DNA from: Eledone cirrhosa
Taxonomy: Eukaryota
Assembly (NCBI GenBank): GCA_964016885.1
Contig: OZ024744.1
Coordinates: 128,712,001-128,776,000 of the forward strand
Direction of reading: 5' to 3'
Length of the DNA stretch: 64,000 bases
Shown here: positions 36,161 through 49,100 of the stretch, piece after piece
Numbering within the stretch: position 1 is the stretch's first letter
How the letters are laid out: each line of letters opens with the position of its first letter
The notes under the pieces: model-generated
Told to the model about the DNA's origin: nothing
The model's database searches: none
Seen by the model: the letters and a program-made list of their open reading frames with translations, nothing else
Translations under genes and position numbers: made by a program

Positions 36161-38696
36161 TTAGGTTTTTCGAAAACCTTATATAATCATTTTTTTTTAG
36201 GTTTTTCGAAACACCTTATATAATCAATTTTTTTATGTTTTTCGAAAAACCTTATATAATCATTTTTTTTATACTTTTAGAAATATTTATATCTGATTTC
36301 AAATATTTATTTTTCTAGGTTTTTCGAAAACCTTATATAATCAATTTTTTTTAGGTTTTTCGAAAAATGTTATATAATCAATTTTTTTTAGGTTTTTCGA
36401 AAAACCTTATATAATCAATTTTTTTTTAGGTTTTTCGAAACACCTTATATAATCAATTTTTTTTAGGTTTTTCGAAAAACCTTATATAATCAATTTTTTT
36501 TAGGTTTTTCGAAAAACCTTATATAATCAATTTTTTTAGGTTTTTCGTAAAACCTTATATAATCAATTTTTTTAGGTTTTTCGAAAAACCTTATATAATC
36601 AATTTTTTTTAGGTTTTTCGAAATACCTTATATAATTAATTTTTTTTAGGTTTTTCGAAAAATCTTATATAATTAATTTATATCTGATTTCAAATATTGA
36701 TTTTTTTAGGTTTTTCGAAAACCTTATATAATCAATTTTTTTTAGGTTTTTCGAAAAAGAATGAATTCATATTCGAAATATATACTTCTGCATTAATCTT
36801 TTTTGCATGTTTTGAAATTTAAAAAAAACGTAAAAAATTAATGCTTTTACAAATATTTTGAAATATTTACTTTCTGGTTTCAAATTTTGCAAATTAAATT
36901 TTTTTCTAAAAAAATCAGTTTTCGAAATCAGAAGTTAATATTTCGAAAAACGCAATTTAAAAAACTCATATTAATTTTTTTTCGAATGAAGTTTTTTTAT
37001 GCTTTTAGAAATATTTATATCTGATTTAAAATATTGATTTTTTTAGGTTTACCTTATATAATCAAACAAATTTTTTTAGGTTTTTCGAAATATCTTATAT
37101 AATCAATTTTTTTTAGGTTTTTCGAAAAAGAATGAATTTGAGTTCATAGTCGAAATATATACTTCTGCATTAATCTTTGATTTTTTGCATGTTTTGAAAT
37201 CTAAAAAAAACGTAAAAAATTAATGCTTTTACAAATATTTTGAAATATTTACTTTCTGGTTTCTAAGTTTGCAAATTAAATTTTTTTCGAAAAACCTAAA
37301 AAAAATCAGTTTTTGAAATCAGAAGTTAATATTTCGAAAAACGCAATTTGAAAAACTCATATTAATTTTTTTTCGAATGAAGTTTTTTATACTTTTAGAA
37401 ATATTTATATCTGATTTCAAATATTGATTTTTTTAGGTTTTTCGAAAAAGAATGAATTTGAGTTCATAGTCGAAATATATATTTCTGCATTAATCTTTTT
37501 ACGTTTTTCTGATTTTTTGCATGTTTTGAAATTTAAAAAAAACGTAAAAAATCAATATTTCGAAAAACGCAATTTGAAAAACTCATATTCATTTTTTTTC
37601 GAATGAATTCTTTCATACTTTTAGAAATATTTATATCTGATTTTAAATATTGATTTTTTTAGGTTTACCTTATATAATCAAATTTTTTTAGGTTTTTCGA
37701 AAAAGAATGAATTTGAGTTCATAGTCGAAATATATACTTCTGCATTAATCTTTTTACGTTTTTCTGATTTTTTGCATGTTTTGAAATTTAAAAAAAAACG
37801 TAAAAAATTAATGGTTTTACAAATATTTTGAAATATTTACTTTCTGGTTTCGAATTTTGCAAATTAAATTTTTTTCGAAAAAAACCTAAAAAAATCAGTT
37901 TTCGAAATCAGAAGTTAATATTTCGAAAAACGCAATTTGAAAAACTCATATTAATTTTTTTTCGAATGAAGTTTTTTTATGCTTTTAGAAATATTTATAT
38001 CTGATTTCCAATATTGATTTTTTTTAGGTTTTTCGAAAAAGAATGAATTTGAGTTCATAGTCGAAATATATATTTCTGCATTGATCTTTGATTTTTTGCA
38101 TGTTTTGAAATTTAAAAAAAAAGTAAAAAATTAATGATTTTACAAATATTTTGAAATATTTACTTTCTGGTTTCAAAGTTTGCAAATTAAATTTTTTTCG
38201 AAAAACCTAAAAAAATCAGTTTTCGAAATCAGAAGTTAATATTTCGAAAAACGCAATTTAAAAAACTCATATTAATTTTTTTTCGAATGAATTCTTTTAG
38301 AAATATTTATATCTGATTTCAAATATTGATTTTTTTAGGTTTACCTTATATAATCAATTTTTTTTAGGTTTTTCAAAAACCTTATATAATCAATTTTTTT
38401 TAGGTTTTTCGAAAAACCTTACATAATCAATTTTTTTTAGGTTTTTTCGAAAAACCTTATATAATCAATTTTTTACGTTTTTAGAAAAACCTTATATAAT
38501 CAATTTTTTTTATACTTTTAGAAATATTTATATCTTATTTCAAATATTGATTTTTTTTAGATTTTTCGAAATACCTTATATAATCAATTTTTTTTAGGTT
38601 TTTCGAAAGACCTTATATAATCAATTTTTTTTAGGTTTTTCGAAAAACCTTATATAATCAATTTTTTTAGGTTTTTCGACAACCTTATATAATCAA
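36161..38696. repeat. AT-rich composite island 4 (2,536 bp)
   Basis: Matches island 1 at offset ~36,519. Longer 5' minisatellite section containing ATAATCATTTTTTTT variants. Confidence 0.95.
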
Positions 38697-41600
38697 GTTG
38701 AGTTTAAGTTAAGTTGGGATTAATTTAAGTTGGGGTTAAGTTAAGATGGGGTTAAGTTATGTTGAGGTTAAGTTAAGTTGGGGTTAAATTAAGTTGGGGT
38801 TAAGTTAAGTTGGGGTTAAGTTAAGTTGGGGTTAGGTTAAGTTGGGTTTAAGTTAAGTTGGGGATAAGTTAAGTTGGGGTTAAGTTAAGTTGGGTTTAAG
38901 TTAAGTTGGGGTTAAGTTAAGTTGGGGTTAAGTTAAGTTGGGGTTAAGTTAAGTTGGGGTTGAGTGAAGTTGGGGTTAAGTTAAGTTGGGGTTAAATTAA
39001 GTTGGGGTTAAGTTAAGTTGGGGTTGAGTGAAGTTGGGGTTAAGTTAAGTTGGGGTTAAATTAAGTTGGGGTTAAGTTTAGTTGGGGTTGAGTTAAGTTG
39101 GGGTTAATTTAAGTTGGGGCTAAGTTAATTTGTGGTTAAGTTAAGTTGGGGTTAAGTTAAGTTGGGGTTAAGTTAAGTTGGGGTTGAGTTAAGTTGGGGT
39201 TAAGTTAAGTTGGGTTTAAGTTAAGTTGGGGTTAAATTAAGTTGGGGTTAAATTAAGTTGGGGTTAAGTTAAGTTGGGGGTAAGTTAAGTTGGGGGCAAG
39301 TTAAGTTGGGGTTAAGTTAACTTGGGGTTAAGTTAAGTTGGGGTTAATTTAAGTTGGGGTTATGTTAAGTTGGGGTTAAGTTAAGTTGGGGTTAAGTTAA
39401 GTTGGGGCTAAGTTAAGTTGGAGCTAAGTTAAGTTGGGGCTAAGTTAAGTTGGGGTTAAGTTAAGTTGGGGTTAAGTTAAGGTGGGGTTAAGTTAAGTTG
39501 GGGTCAACTTAAGTTGGGGTTAAGTTAAGTTGGGGTTAACTTAAGTTGGGGTTAAGTTAAGTTGGGGTTAAGTTAAGTTGGAGTTAAGTTAAGTTGGGGT
39601 TACGTTAAGTTGGGGGTAAGTTAAGTTGGTGGTAAGTTAAGTTGGGGGTAAGTTAAGATGGGGTTAAGTTAGGGTTAAGTTAAGTTAGGGTTAAGTTAAT
39701 TTGGGGTTGAGTTAAGTTGGGGTTAAGTTAAGTGGTGGTTATGTTAAGTTGGGGTTAAGTTAAGTTGGGGTTAATTTAAATTGGGGTTAATTTAAATTTG
39801 TTGTTAAGTTAAGTTGGGGTTAATTTAAGTTGGGGTTAAGTTAAGTTGGGGTTGAGTTAAGTTGGGGTTGAGTGAAGTTGGGGTTAAGTTAAGTTGGGGT
39901 TGAGTTAAGTTGGGGTTAATTTAAGTTGGGGCTAAGTTCATTTGGGGTTCAGTTAAGTTGGGGTTAAATTAAGTTGGGGTTAAGTTAAGTTGGGGTTAAG
40001 TTAAGTTGGGGTTAAGTTAATTTGGGGTTAAGTGAAGTTAGGGTTAAGTTAAGTTGGGGTTGAGTTAAGTTGGGGGTAAGTTAAGTTGGGGTTATGTTAA
40101 GTTGGGGTTACGTTAAGTTGGGTTTAAGTTAAGTTGGGGTTAAGTTAAGTTGGGGTTAATTTAAGTTGGGGTTAAGTTAAGTTGGGATTAATTTAAGTTG
40201 GGGTTAAGTTAAGTTGGGGTTAAGTTAAGTTGGGGTTAAATTAAGTTGGGGTTAAGTTAAGTTGGGGTTAAGTTAAGTTGGGGTTAAGTTAATTTGGGGT
40301 TAAGTTAAGTTAGGGTAAAGTTAAGTTGGGGTTGAGTTAAGTTGGGGTAAGTTAAGTTGGGGTTAAGTTAAGTTGGGGTTAAGTTAAGTTGGGGTTAAGT
40401 TAAGTTAGGCTTAACTTAAGTTGGGGTTAAGTTAAGTTGGGGGTGAGTTAAGTTGGGGGTAAGTTAAGTTGGGGTTAAGTTAAGTTGGGGTTAAGTTGGG
40501 GTTAAGTTAAGTTAGGGTTAAGTTAATTTGGGGTTGAGTTAAGTTGGGGTTAAGTTAAGTGGTGGTTATGTTAAGTTGGGGTTAAGTTAAGTTGGGGTTA
40601 ATTTAAATTGGGGTTAATTTAAATTTGTTGTTAAGTTAAGTTGGGGTTAATTTAAGTTGGGGTTAAGTTAAGTTGGGGTTGATTTAAGTTGTGGTTGAGT
40701 GAAGTTGGGGTTAAGTTAAGTTGGGGTTAAATTAAGTTGGGGTTAAGTTAAGTTGGGGTTGAGTTAAGTTGGGGTTAATTTAAGTTGGGGCTAAGTTAAT
40801 TTGGGGTTAAGTTAAGTTGGGGTTAAATTAAGTTGGGGTTAAGTTAAGTTGGGGTTAAGTTAAGTTGGGGTTAAGTTAATTTGGGGTTAATTGAAGTTAG
40901 GGTTAAGTTAAGTTGGGGCTGAGTTAAATTGGGGGTAAGTTAAGTTGGGGTTATGTTAAGTTGGGGTTAAGTTAAGTTGGGGTTAAGTTAAGTTGGGGTT
41001 CAGTTAAGTTGCGGTTAAGTTAAGTTGGGGTTAAGTTAAGTTGGGGTTAAGTTAAGTTGGGGTTAATTTAAGTTGGGGTTAAGTTAAGTTGGGGTTAAGT
41101 TAAGTTGGGGTTAAATTCAGTCGGGGTTAAGTTAAGTCGGGGTTAAGTTACGTTGGGGTTAAGTTAAGTTGGGGTTAAGTTAAGTTGGGGTTGAGTTAAG
41201 TTGGGGTTAAGTTAAGTTGGGGTTAAGTTAAGTTGGGGTTAAGTTAAGTTGGGGTTAAGTTAAGTTGGGGTTAATTTAAGTTGGGGTTAAGTTAAGTTGG
41301 GGTTAAGTTAAGTTGGGGTAACGTTAAGTTGGGGGTAAGTTAAGTTGGGGTTAAGTTAAGTTGGGGTTAAGTTGGGGTTAAGTTAAGTTAGGGTTAACTT
41401 AAGTTGGGGTTGTGTTAAGTGGTGGTTATGTTAAGTGGTGGTTATGTTAAGTTGGGGTTAAGTTAAGTTGGGGTTAAGTTAAGTTGGGGTTAAGTTAATT
41501 AGGGTTAAGTTAAGTTGGGTTTAAGTTAAGTTGGGGTTAAGTTAATTTGTGGTTAAGTTAAGTTGGGGTTAAGTGAAGTTGGGGTTAAGTTAAGTTGGGG

Positions 41601-43570
41601 ATAAGTTAAGTTGGGGATAAGTTAAGTTGGGGTTAATTAAGTTGGGTTTAAGTTAAGTTGGGATTAAGTTAAGTCGGGGTTAAGTTAAGTTGGGGTTAAG
41701 TTAAGTTGGTTAGTTAAGTTGAGTTTAAGTTAAGTTGGGGTTAATTTAAGTTGGGGTTAAGTTAAGTTGGGGTTAAGTTAAGTTGGGGTTAAGTTAAGTT
41801 GGGGTTCAGTTAAGTTGGGGTTAAGTTAAGTTGGGGTTAAGTTGGGGTAAAATTAAGTTGGGGTTAAGTTAAGTTGGGGTTAAGTTAAGTTGCGGTTAAG
41901 TTAAGTTGCCGTTAAGTTAAGTTGAGGTTAAGTTAAGTTGGGGTTAAGTTAAGTTGGGGTTAAGTTAAGTTGGGGCTAAGTTAAGTTGGGGCTAAGTTAA
42001 GTTGGGGTTAAGTTGGGGTTAAGTTAAGTTGCGGTTAAGTTAAGTTGATGTTAAGTTAAGTTGGGGTTAAGTTAAGTTGGGGTTAAGTTAAGTTGGGGCT
42101 AAGTTAAGTTGGAGCTGAGTTAAGTTGGGGCTAAGTTAAGTTGGGGTTAAGTTAAGTTGGGGTTAAGTTAAGGTGGGGTTAAGTTAAGTTGGGGTCAACT
42201 TAAGTTGGGGTTAAGTTAAGTTGGGGTTAACTTAAGTTGGGGTTAAGTTAAGTTGGGGTTAAGTTAAGTTGGGGTTAAGCTAAGTTGGGGTTACGTTAAG
42301 TTGGGGTTATGTTAAGTTGGGGTTACGTTAAGTTGGGTTTAAGTTAAGTTGGGGTTAAGTTAAGTTGGGGTTAAGTTAAGTTGGGGTTAATTTAAGTTGG
42401 GGTTAAGTTAAGTTGGGATTAATTTAAGTTGGGGTTAAGTTAAGTTGGGGTTAAGTTAAGTTGGGGTTAAATTAAGTTGGGGTTAAGTTAAGTTGGGGTT
42501 AAGTTAAGTTGGGGTTAAGTTAATTTGGGGTTAAGTTAAGTTAGGGTAAAGTTAAGTTGGGGTTGAGTTAAGTTGGGGTAAGTTAAGTTGGGGTTAAGTT
42601 AAGTTTGGGTTAAGTTAAGTTGGGGTTAAGTTAAGTTAGGCTTAACTTAAGTTGGGGTTAAGTTAAGTTGGGGGTGAGTTAAGTTGGGGGTAAGTTAAGT
42701 TGGGGTTAAGTTAAGTTGGGGTTAAGTTGGGGTTAAGTTAAGTTAGGGTTAAGTTAATTTGGGGTTGAGTTAAGTTGGGGTTAAGTTAAGTGGTGGTTAT
42801 GTTAAGTTGGGGTTAAGTTAAGTTGGGGTTAATTTAAATTGGGGTTAATTTAAATTTGTTGTTAAGTTAAGTTGGGGTTAATTTAAGTTGGGGTTAAGTT
42901 AAGTTGGGGTTGAGTTAAGTTGTGGTTCAGTGAAGTTGGGGTTAAGTTAAGTTGGGGTTAAATTAAGTTGGGGTTAAGTTAAGTTGGGGTTGAGTTAAGT
43001 TGGGGTTAATTTAAGTTGGGGCTAAGTTAATTTGGGGTTAAGTTAAGTTGGGGTTAAATTAAGTTGGGGTTAAGTTAAGTTGGGGTTCAATTAAGTTGCG
43101 GTTAATTTAAGTTGGGGTTAAGTTAAGTTCGGGTTAAGTTAAGTTGGGGTTAAGTTAAGTTGGGGTTAAATTAAGTTAGGGCTAAGTTAAGTTGAGGTTA
43201 TGTTAAGTTGGTGTTAAGTTAAGTTGGGGTTAAGTTAAGTTGGGGTTAAGTTAAGTTGGGGTTAAGTTAAGTTGGGTTTAAGTTAAGTTGGGGCTAAGTT
43301 AAGTTGGGGTTAAGTTAAGTTGGGGTTAAGTTAAGTTGGGGTTAAGTTAGGTTGGTGTTAAGTTAAGTTGGGGGTAAGTTAAGTTGGGGGTAAGTTAAGT
43401 TGGTGTTAAGTTAAGTTGGGGTTAAGTTAAGTTGGGGCTAAGTTAAGTTGGGGCTAAGTTAAGTTGGGGTTAAGTTAAGTTGGGTCTAAGTTAAGTTGGG
43501 GTTAAGTTAAGTTGGGGTTAACTTAAGTTGGGGGTAAGTTAAGTTGGGTTTGAGTTAAGTTGGGGTTAAG
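38697..43570 (+). repeat. 16-bp G-rich satellite, block 4 (no inversion)
   Basis: Follows the post-island variant order to ~43,085, then jumps to the pre-island variant order. Confidence 0.97.
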
Positions 43571-46106
43571 TTAGGTTTTTCGAAAACCTTATATAATCAT
43601 TTTTTTTTAGGTTTTTCGAAACACCTTATATAATCAATTTTTTTATGTTTTTCGAAAAACCTTATATAATCATTTTTTTTATACTTTTAGAAATATTTAT
43701 ATCTGATTTCAAATATTTATTTTTCTAGGTTTTTCGAAAACCTTATATAATCAATTTTTTTTAGGTTTTTCGAAAAATGTTATATAATCAATTTTTTTTA
43801 GGTTTTTCGAAAAACCTTATATAATCAATTTTTTTTTAGGTTTTTCGAAACACCTTATATAATCAATTTTTTTTAGGTTTTTCGAAAAACCTTATATAAT
43901 CAATTTTTTTTAGGTTTTTCGAAAAACCTTATATAATCAATTTTTTTAGGTTTTTCGTAAAACCTTATATAATCAATTTTTTTAGGTTTTTCGAAAAACC
44001 TTATATAATCAATTTTTTTTAGGTTTTTCGAAATACCTTATATAATTAATTTTTTTTAGGTTTTTCGAAAAATCTTATATAATTAATTTATATCTGATTT
44101 CAAATATTGATTTTTTTAGGTTTTTCGAAAACCTTATATAATCAATTTTTTTTAGGTTTTTCGAAAAAGAATGAATTCATATTCGAAATATATACTTCTG
44201 CATTAATCTTTTTTGCATGTTTTGAAATTTAAAAAAAACGTAAAAAATTAATGCTTTTACAAATATTTTGAAATATTTACTTTCTGGTTTCAAATTTTGC
44301 AAATTAAATTTTTTTCTAAAAAAATCAGTTTTCGAAATCAGAAGTTAATATTTCGAAAAACGCAATTTAAAAAACTCATATTAATTTTTTTTCGAATGAA
44401 GTTTTTTTATGCTTTTAGAAATATTTATATCTGATTTAAAATATTGATTTTTTTAGGTTTACCTTATATAATCAAACAAATTTTTTTAGGTTTTTCGAAA
44501 TATCTTATATAATCAATTTTTTTTAGGTTTTTCGAAAAAGAATGAATTTGAGTTCATAGTCGAAATATATACTTCTGCATTAATCTTTGATTTTTTGCAT
44601 GTTTTGAAATCTAAAAAAAACGTAAAAAATTAATGCTTTTACAAATATTTTGAAATATTTACTTTCTGGTTTCTAAGTTTGCAAATTAAATTTTTTTCGA
44701 AAAACCTAAAAAAAATCAGTTTTTGAAATCAGAAGTTAATATTTCGAAAAACGCAATTTGAAAAACTCATATTAATTTTTTTTCGAATGAAGTTTTTTAT
44801 ACTTTTAGAAATATTTATATCTGATTTCAAATATTGATTTTTTTAGGTTTTTCGAAAAAGAATGAATTTGAGTTCATAGTCGAAATATATATTTCTGCAT
44901 TAATCTTTTTACGTTTTTCTGATTTTTTGCATGTTTTGAAATTTAAAAAAAACGTAAAAAATCAATATTTCGAAAAACGCAATTTGAAAAACTCATATTC
45001 ATTTTTTTTCGAATGAATTCTTTCATACTTTTAGAAATATTTATATCTGATTTTAAATATTGATTTTTTTAGGTTTACCTTATATAATCAAATTTTTTTA
45101 GGTTTTTCGAAAAAGAATGAATTTGAGTTCATAGTCGAAATATATACTTCTGCATTAATCTTTTTACGTTTTTCTGATTTTTTGCATGTTTTGAAATTTA
45201 AAAAAAAACGTAAAAAATTAATGGTTTTACAAATATTTTGAAATATTTACTTTCTGGTTTCGAATTTTGCAAATTAAATTTTTTTCGAAAAAAACCTAAA
45301 AAAATCAGTTTTCGAAATCAGAAGTTAATATTTCGAAAAACGCAATTTGAAAAACTCATATTAATTTTTTTTCGAATGAAGTTTTTTTATGCTTTTAGAA
45401 ATATTTATATCTGATTTCCAATATTGATTTTTTTTAGGTTTTTCGAAAAAGAATGAATTTGAGTTCATAGTCGAAATATATATTTCTGCATTGATCTTTG
45501 ATTTTTTGCATGTTTTGAAATTTAAAAAAAAAGTAAAAAATTAATGATTTTACAAATATTTTGAAATATTTACTTTCTGGTTTCAAAGTTTGCAAATTAA
45601 ATTTTTTTCGAAAAACCTAAAAAAATCAGTTTTCGAAATCAGAAGTTAATATTTCGAAAAACGCAATTTAAAAAACTCATATTAATTTTTTTTCGAATGA
45701 ATTCTTTTAGAAATATTTATATCTGATTTCAAATATTGATTTTTTTAGGTTTACCTTATATAATCAATTTTTTTTAGGTTTTTCAAAAACCTTATATAAT
45801 CAATTTTTTTTAGGTTTTTCGAAAAACCTTACATAATCAATTTTTTTTAGGTTTTTTCGAAAAACCTTATATAATCAATTTTTTACGTTTTTAGAAAAAC
45901 CTTATATAATCAATTTTTTTTATACTTTTAGAAATATTTATATCTTATTTCAAATATTGATTTTTTTTAGATTTTTCGAAATACCTTATATAATCAATTT
46001 TTTTTAGGTTTTTCGAAAGACCTTATATAATCAATTTTTTTTAGGTTTTTCGAAAAACCTTATATAATCAATTTTTTTAGGTTTTTCGACAACCTTATAT
46101 AATCAA
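43571..46106. repeat. AT-rich composite island 5 (2,536 bp)
   Basis: Appears identical to island 4 by eye at offset 7,410. Confidence 0.95.
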
Positions 46107-49100
46107 GTTGAGTTTAAGTTAAGTTGGGATTAATTTAAGTTGGGGTTAAGTTAAGATGGGGTTAAGTTATGTTGAGGTTAAGTTAAGTTGGGGTTAAATT
46201 AAGTTGGGGTTAAGTTAAGTTGGGGTTAAGTTAAGTTGGGGTTAGGTTAAGTTGGGTTTAAGTTAAGTTGGGGATAAGTTAAGTTGGGGTTAAGTTAAGT
46301 TGGGTTTAAGTTAAGTTGGGGTTAAGTTAAGTTGGGGTTAAGTTAAGTTGGGGTTAAGTTAAGTTGGGGTTGAGTGAAGTTGGGGTTAAGTTAAGTTGGG
46401 GTTAAATTAAGTTGGGGTTAAGTTAAGTTGGGGTTGAGTGAAGTTGGGGTTAAGTTAAGTTGGGGTTAAATTAAGTTGGGGTTAAGTTTAGTTGGGGTTG
46501 AGTTAAGTTGGGGTTAATTTAAGTTGGGGCTAAGTTAATTTGTGGTTAAGTTAAGTTGGGGTTAAGTTAAGTTGGGGTTAAGTTAAGTTGGGGTTGAGTT
46601 AAGTTGGGGTTAAGTTAAGTTGGGTTTAAGTTAAGTTGGGGTTAAATTAAGTTGGGGTTAAATTAAGTTGGGGTTAAGTTAAGTTGGGGGTAAGTTAAGT
46701 TGGGGGCAAGTTAAGTTGGGGTTAAGTTAACTTGGGGTTAAGTTAAGTTGGGGTTAATTTAAGTTGGGGTTATGTTAAGTTGGGGTTAAGTTAAGTTGGG
46801 GTTAAGTTAAGTTGGGGCTAAGTTAAGTTGGAGCTAAGTTAAGTTGGGGCTAAGTTAAGTTGGGGTTAAGTTAAGTTGGGGTTAAGTTAAGGTGGGGTTA
46901 AGTTAAGTTGGGGTCAACTTAAGTTGGGGTTAAGTTAAGTTGGGGTTAACTTAAGTTGGGGTTAAGTTAAGTTGGGGTTAAGTTAAGTTGGAGTTAAGTT
47001 AAGTTGGGGTTACGTTAAGTTGGGGGTAAGTTAAGTTGGTGGTAAGTTAAGTTGGGGGTAAGTTAAGATGGGGTTAAGTTAGGGTTAAGTTAAGTTAGGG
47101 TTAAGTTAATTTGGGGTTGAGTTAAGTTGGGGTTAAGTTAAGTGGTGGTTATGTTAAGTTGGGGTTAAGTTAAGTTGGGGTTAATTTAAATTGGGGTTAA
47201 TTTAAATTTGTTGTTAAGTTAAGTTGGGGTTAATTTAAGTTGGGGTTAAGTTAAGTTGGGGTTGAGTTAAGTTGGGGTTGAGTGAAGTTGGGGTTAAGTT
47301 AAGTTGGGGTTGAGTTAAGTTGGGGTTAATTTAAGTTGGGGCTAAGTTCATTTGGGGTTCAGTTAAGTTGGGGTTAAATTAAGTTGGGGTTAAGTTAAGT
47401 TGGGGTTAAGTTAAGTTGGGGTTAAGTTAATTTGGGGTTAAGTGAAGTTAGGGTTAAGTTAAGTTGGGGTTGAGTTAAGTTGGGGGTAAGTTAAGTTGGG
47501 GTTATGTTAAGTTGGGGTTACGTTAAGTTGGGTTTAAGTTAAGTTGGGGTTAAGTTAAGTTGGGGTTAATTTAAGTTGGGGTTAAGTTAAGTTGGGATTA
47601 ATTTAAGTTGGGGTTAAGTTAAGTTGGGGTTAAGTTAAGTTGGGGTTAAATTAAGTTGGGGTTAAGTTAAGTTGGGGTTAAGTTAAGTTGGGGTTAAGTT
47701 AATTTGGGGTTAAGTTAAGTTAGGGTAAAGTTAAGTTGGGGTTGAGTTAAGTTGGGGTAAGTTAAGTTGGGGTTAAGTTAAGTTGGGGTTAAGTTAAGTT
47801 GGGGTTAAGTTAAGTTAGGCTTAACTTAAGTTGGGGTTAAGTTAAGTTGGGGGTGAGTTAAGTTGGGGGTAAGTTAAGTTGGGGTTAAGTTAAGTTGGGG
47901 TTAAGTTGGGGTTAAGTTAAGTTAGGGTTAAGTTAATTTGGGGTTGAGTTAAGTTGGGGTTAAGTTAAGTGGTGGTTATGTTAAGTTGGGGTTAAGTTAA
48001 GTTGGGGTTAATTTAAATTGGGGTTAATTTAAATTTGTTGTTAAGTTAAGTTGGGGTTAATTTAAGTTGGGGTTAAGTTAAGTTGGGGTTGATTTAAGTT
48101 GTGGTTGAGTGAAGTTGGGGTTAAGTTAAGTTGGGGTTAAATTAAGTTGGGGTTAAGTTAAGTTGGGGTTGAGTTAAGTTGGGGTTAATTTAAGTTGGGG
48201 CTAAGTTAATTTGGGGTTAAGTTAAGTTGGGGTTAAATTAAGTTGGGGTTAAGTTAAGTTGGGGTTAAGTTAAGTTGGGGTTAAGTTAATTTGGGGTTAA
48301 TTGAAGTTAGGGTTAAGTTAAGTTGGGGCTGAGTTAAATTGGGGGTAAGTTAAGTTGGGGTTATGTTAAGTTGGGGTTAAGTTAAGTTGGGGTTAAGTTA
48401 AGTTGGGGTTCAGTTAAGTTGCGGTTAAGTTAAGTTGGGGTTAAGTTAAGTTGGGGTTAAGTTAAGTTGGGGTTAATTTAAGTTGGGGTTAAGTTAAGTT
48501 GGGGTTAAGTTAAGTTGGGGTTAAATTCAGTCGGGGTTAAGTTAAGTCGGGGTTAAGTTACGTTGGGGTTAAGTTAAGTTGGGGTTAAGTTAAGTTGGGG
48601 TTGAGTTAAGTTGGGGTTAAGTTAAGTTGGGGTTAAGTTAAGTTGGGGTTAAGTTAAGTTGGGGTTAAGTTAAGTTGGGGTTAATTTAAGTTGGGGTTAA
48701 GTTAAGTTGGGGTTAAGTTAAGTTGGGGTAACGTTAAGTTGGGGGTAAGTTAAGTTGGGGTTAAGTTAAGTTGGGGTTAAGTTGGGGTTAAGTTAAGTTA
48801 GGGTTAACTTAAGTTGGGGTTGTGTTAAGTGGTGGTTATGTTAAGTGGTGGTTATGTTAAGTTGGGGTTAAGTTAAGTTGGGGTTAAGTTAAGTTGGGGT
48901 TAAGTTAATTAGGGTTAAGTTAAGTTGGGTTTAAGTTAAGTTGGGGTTAAGTTAATTTGTGGTTAAGTTAAGTTGGGGTTAAGTGAAGTTGGGGTTAAGT
49001 TAAGTTGGGGATAAGTTAAGTTGGGGATAAGTTAAGTTGGGGTTAATTAAGTTGGGTTTAAGTTAAGTTGGGATTAAGTTAAGTCGGGGTTAAGTTAAGT

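Noticed and set aside
36161-38696. Islands as independent transposon insertions (piggyBac TTAA-targeting, or SART/TRAS-like telomeric retroelements)
   Set aside because: No transposase or reverse transcriptase ORF, no TSD, no element-terminal inverted repeats or poly(A) tail. All copies share the same junctions and flanks.
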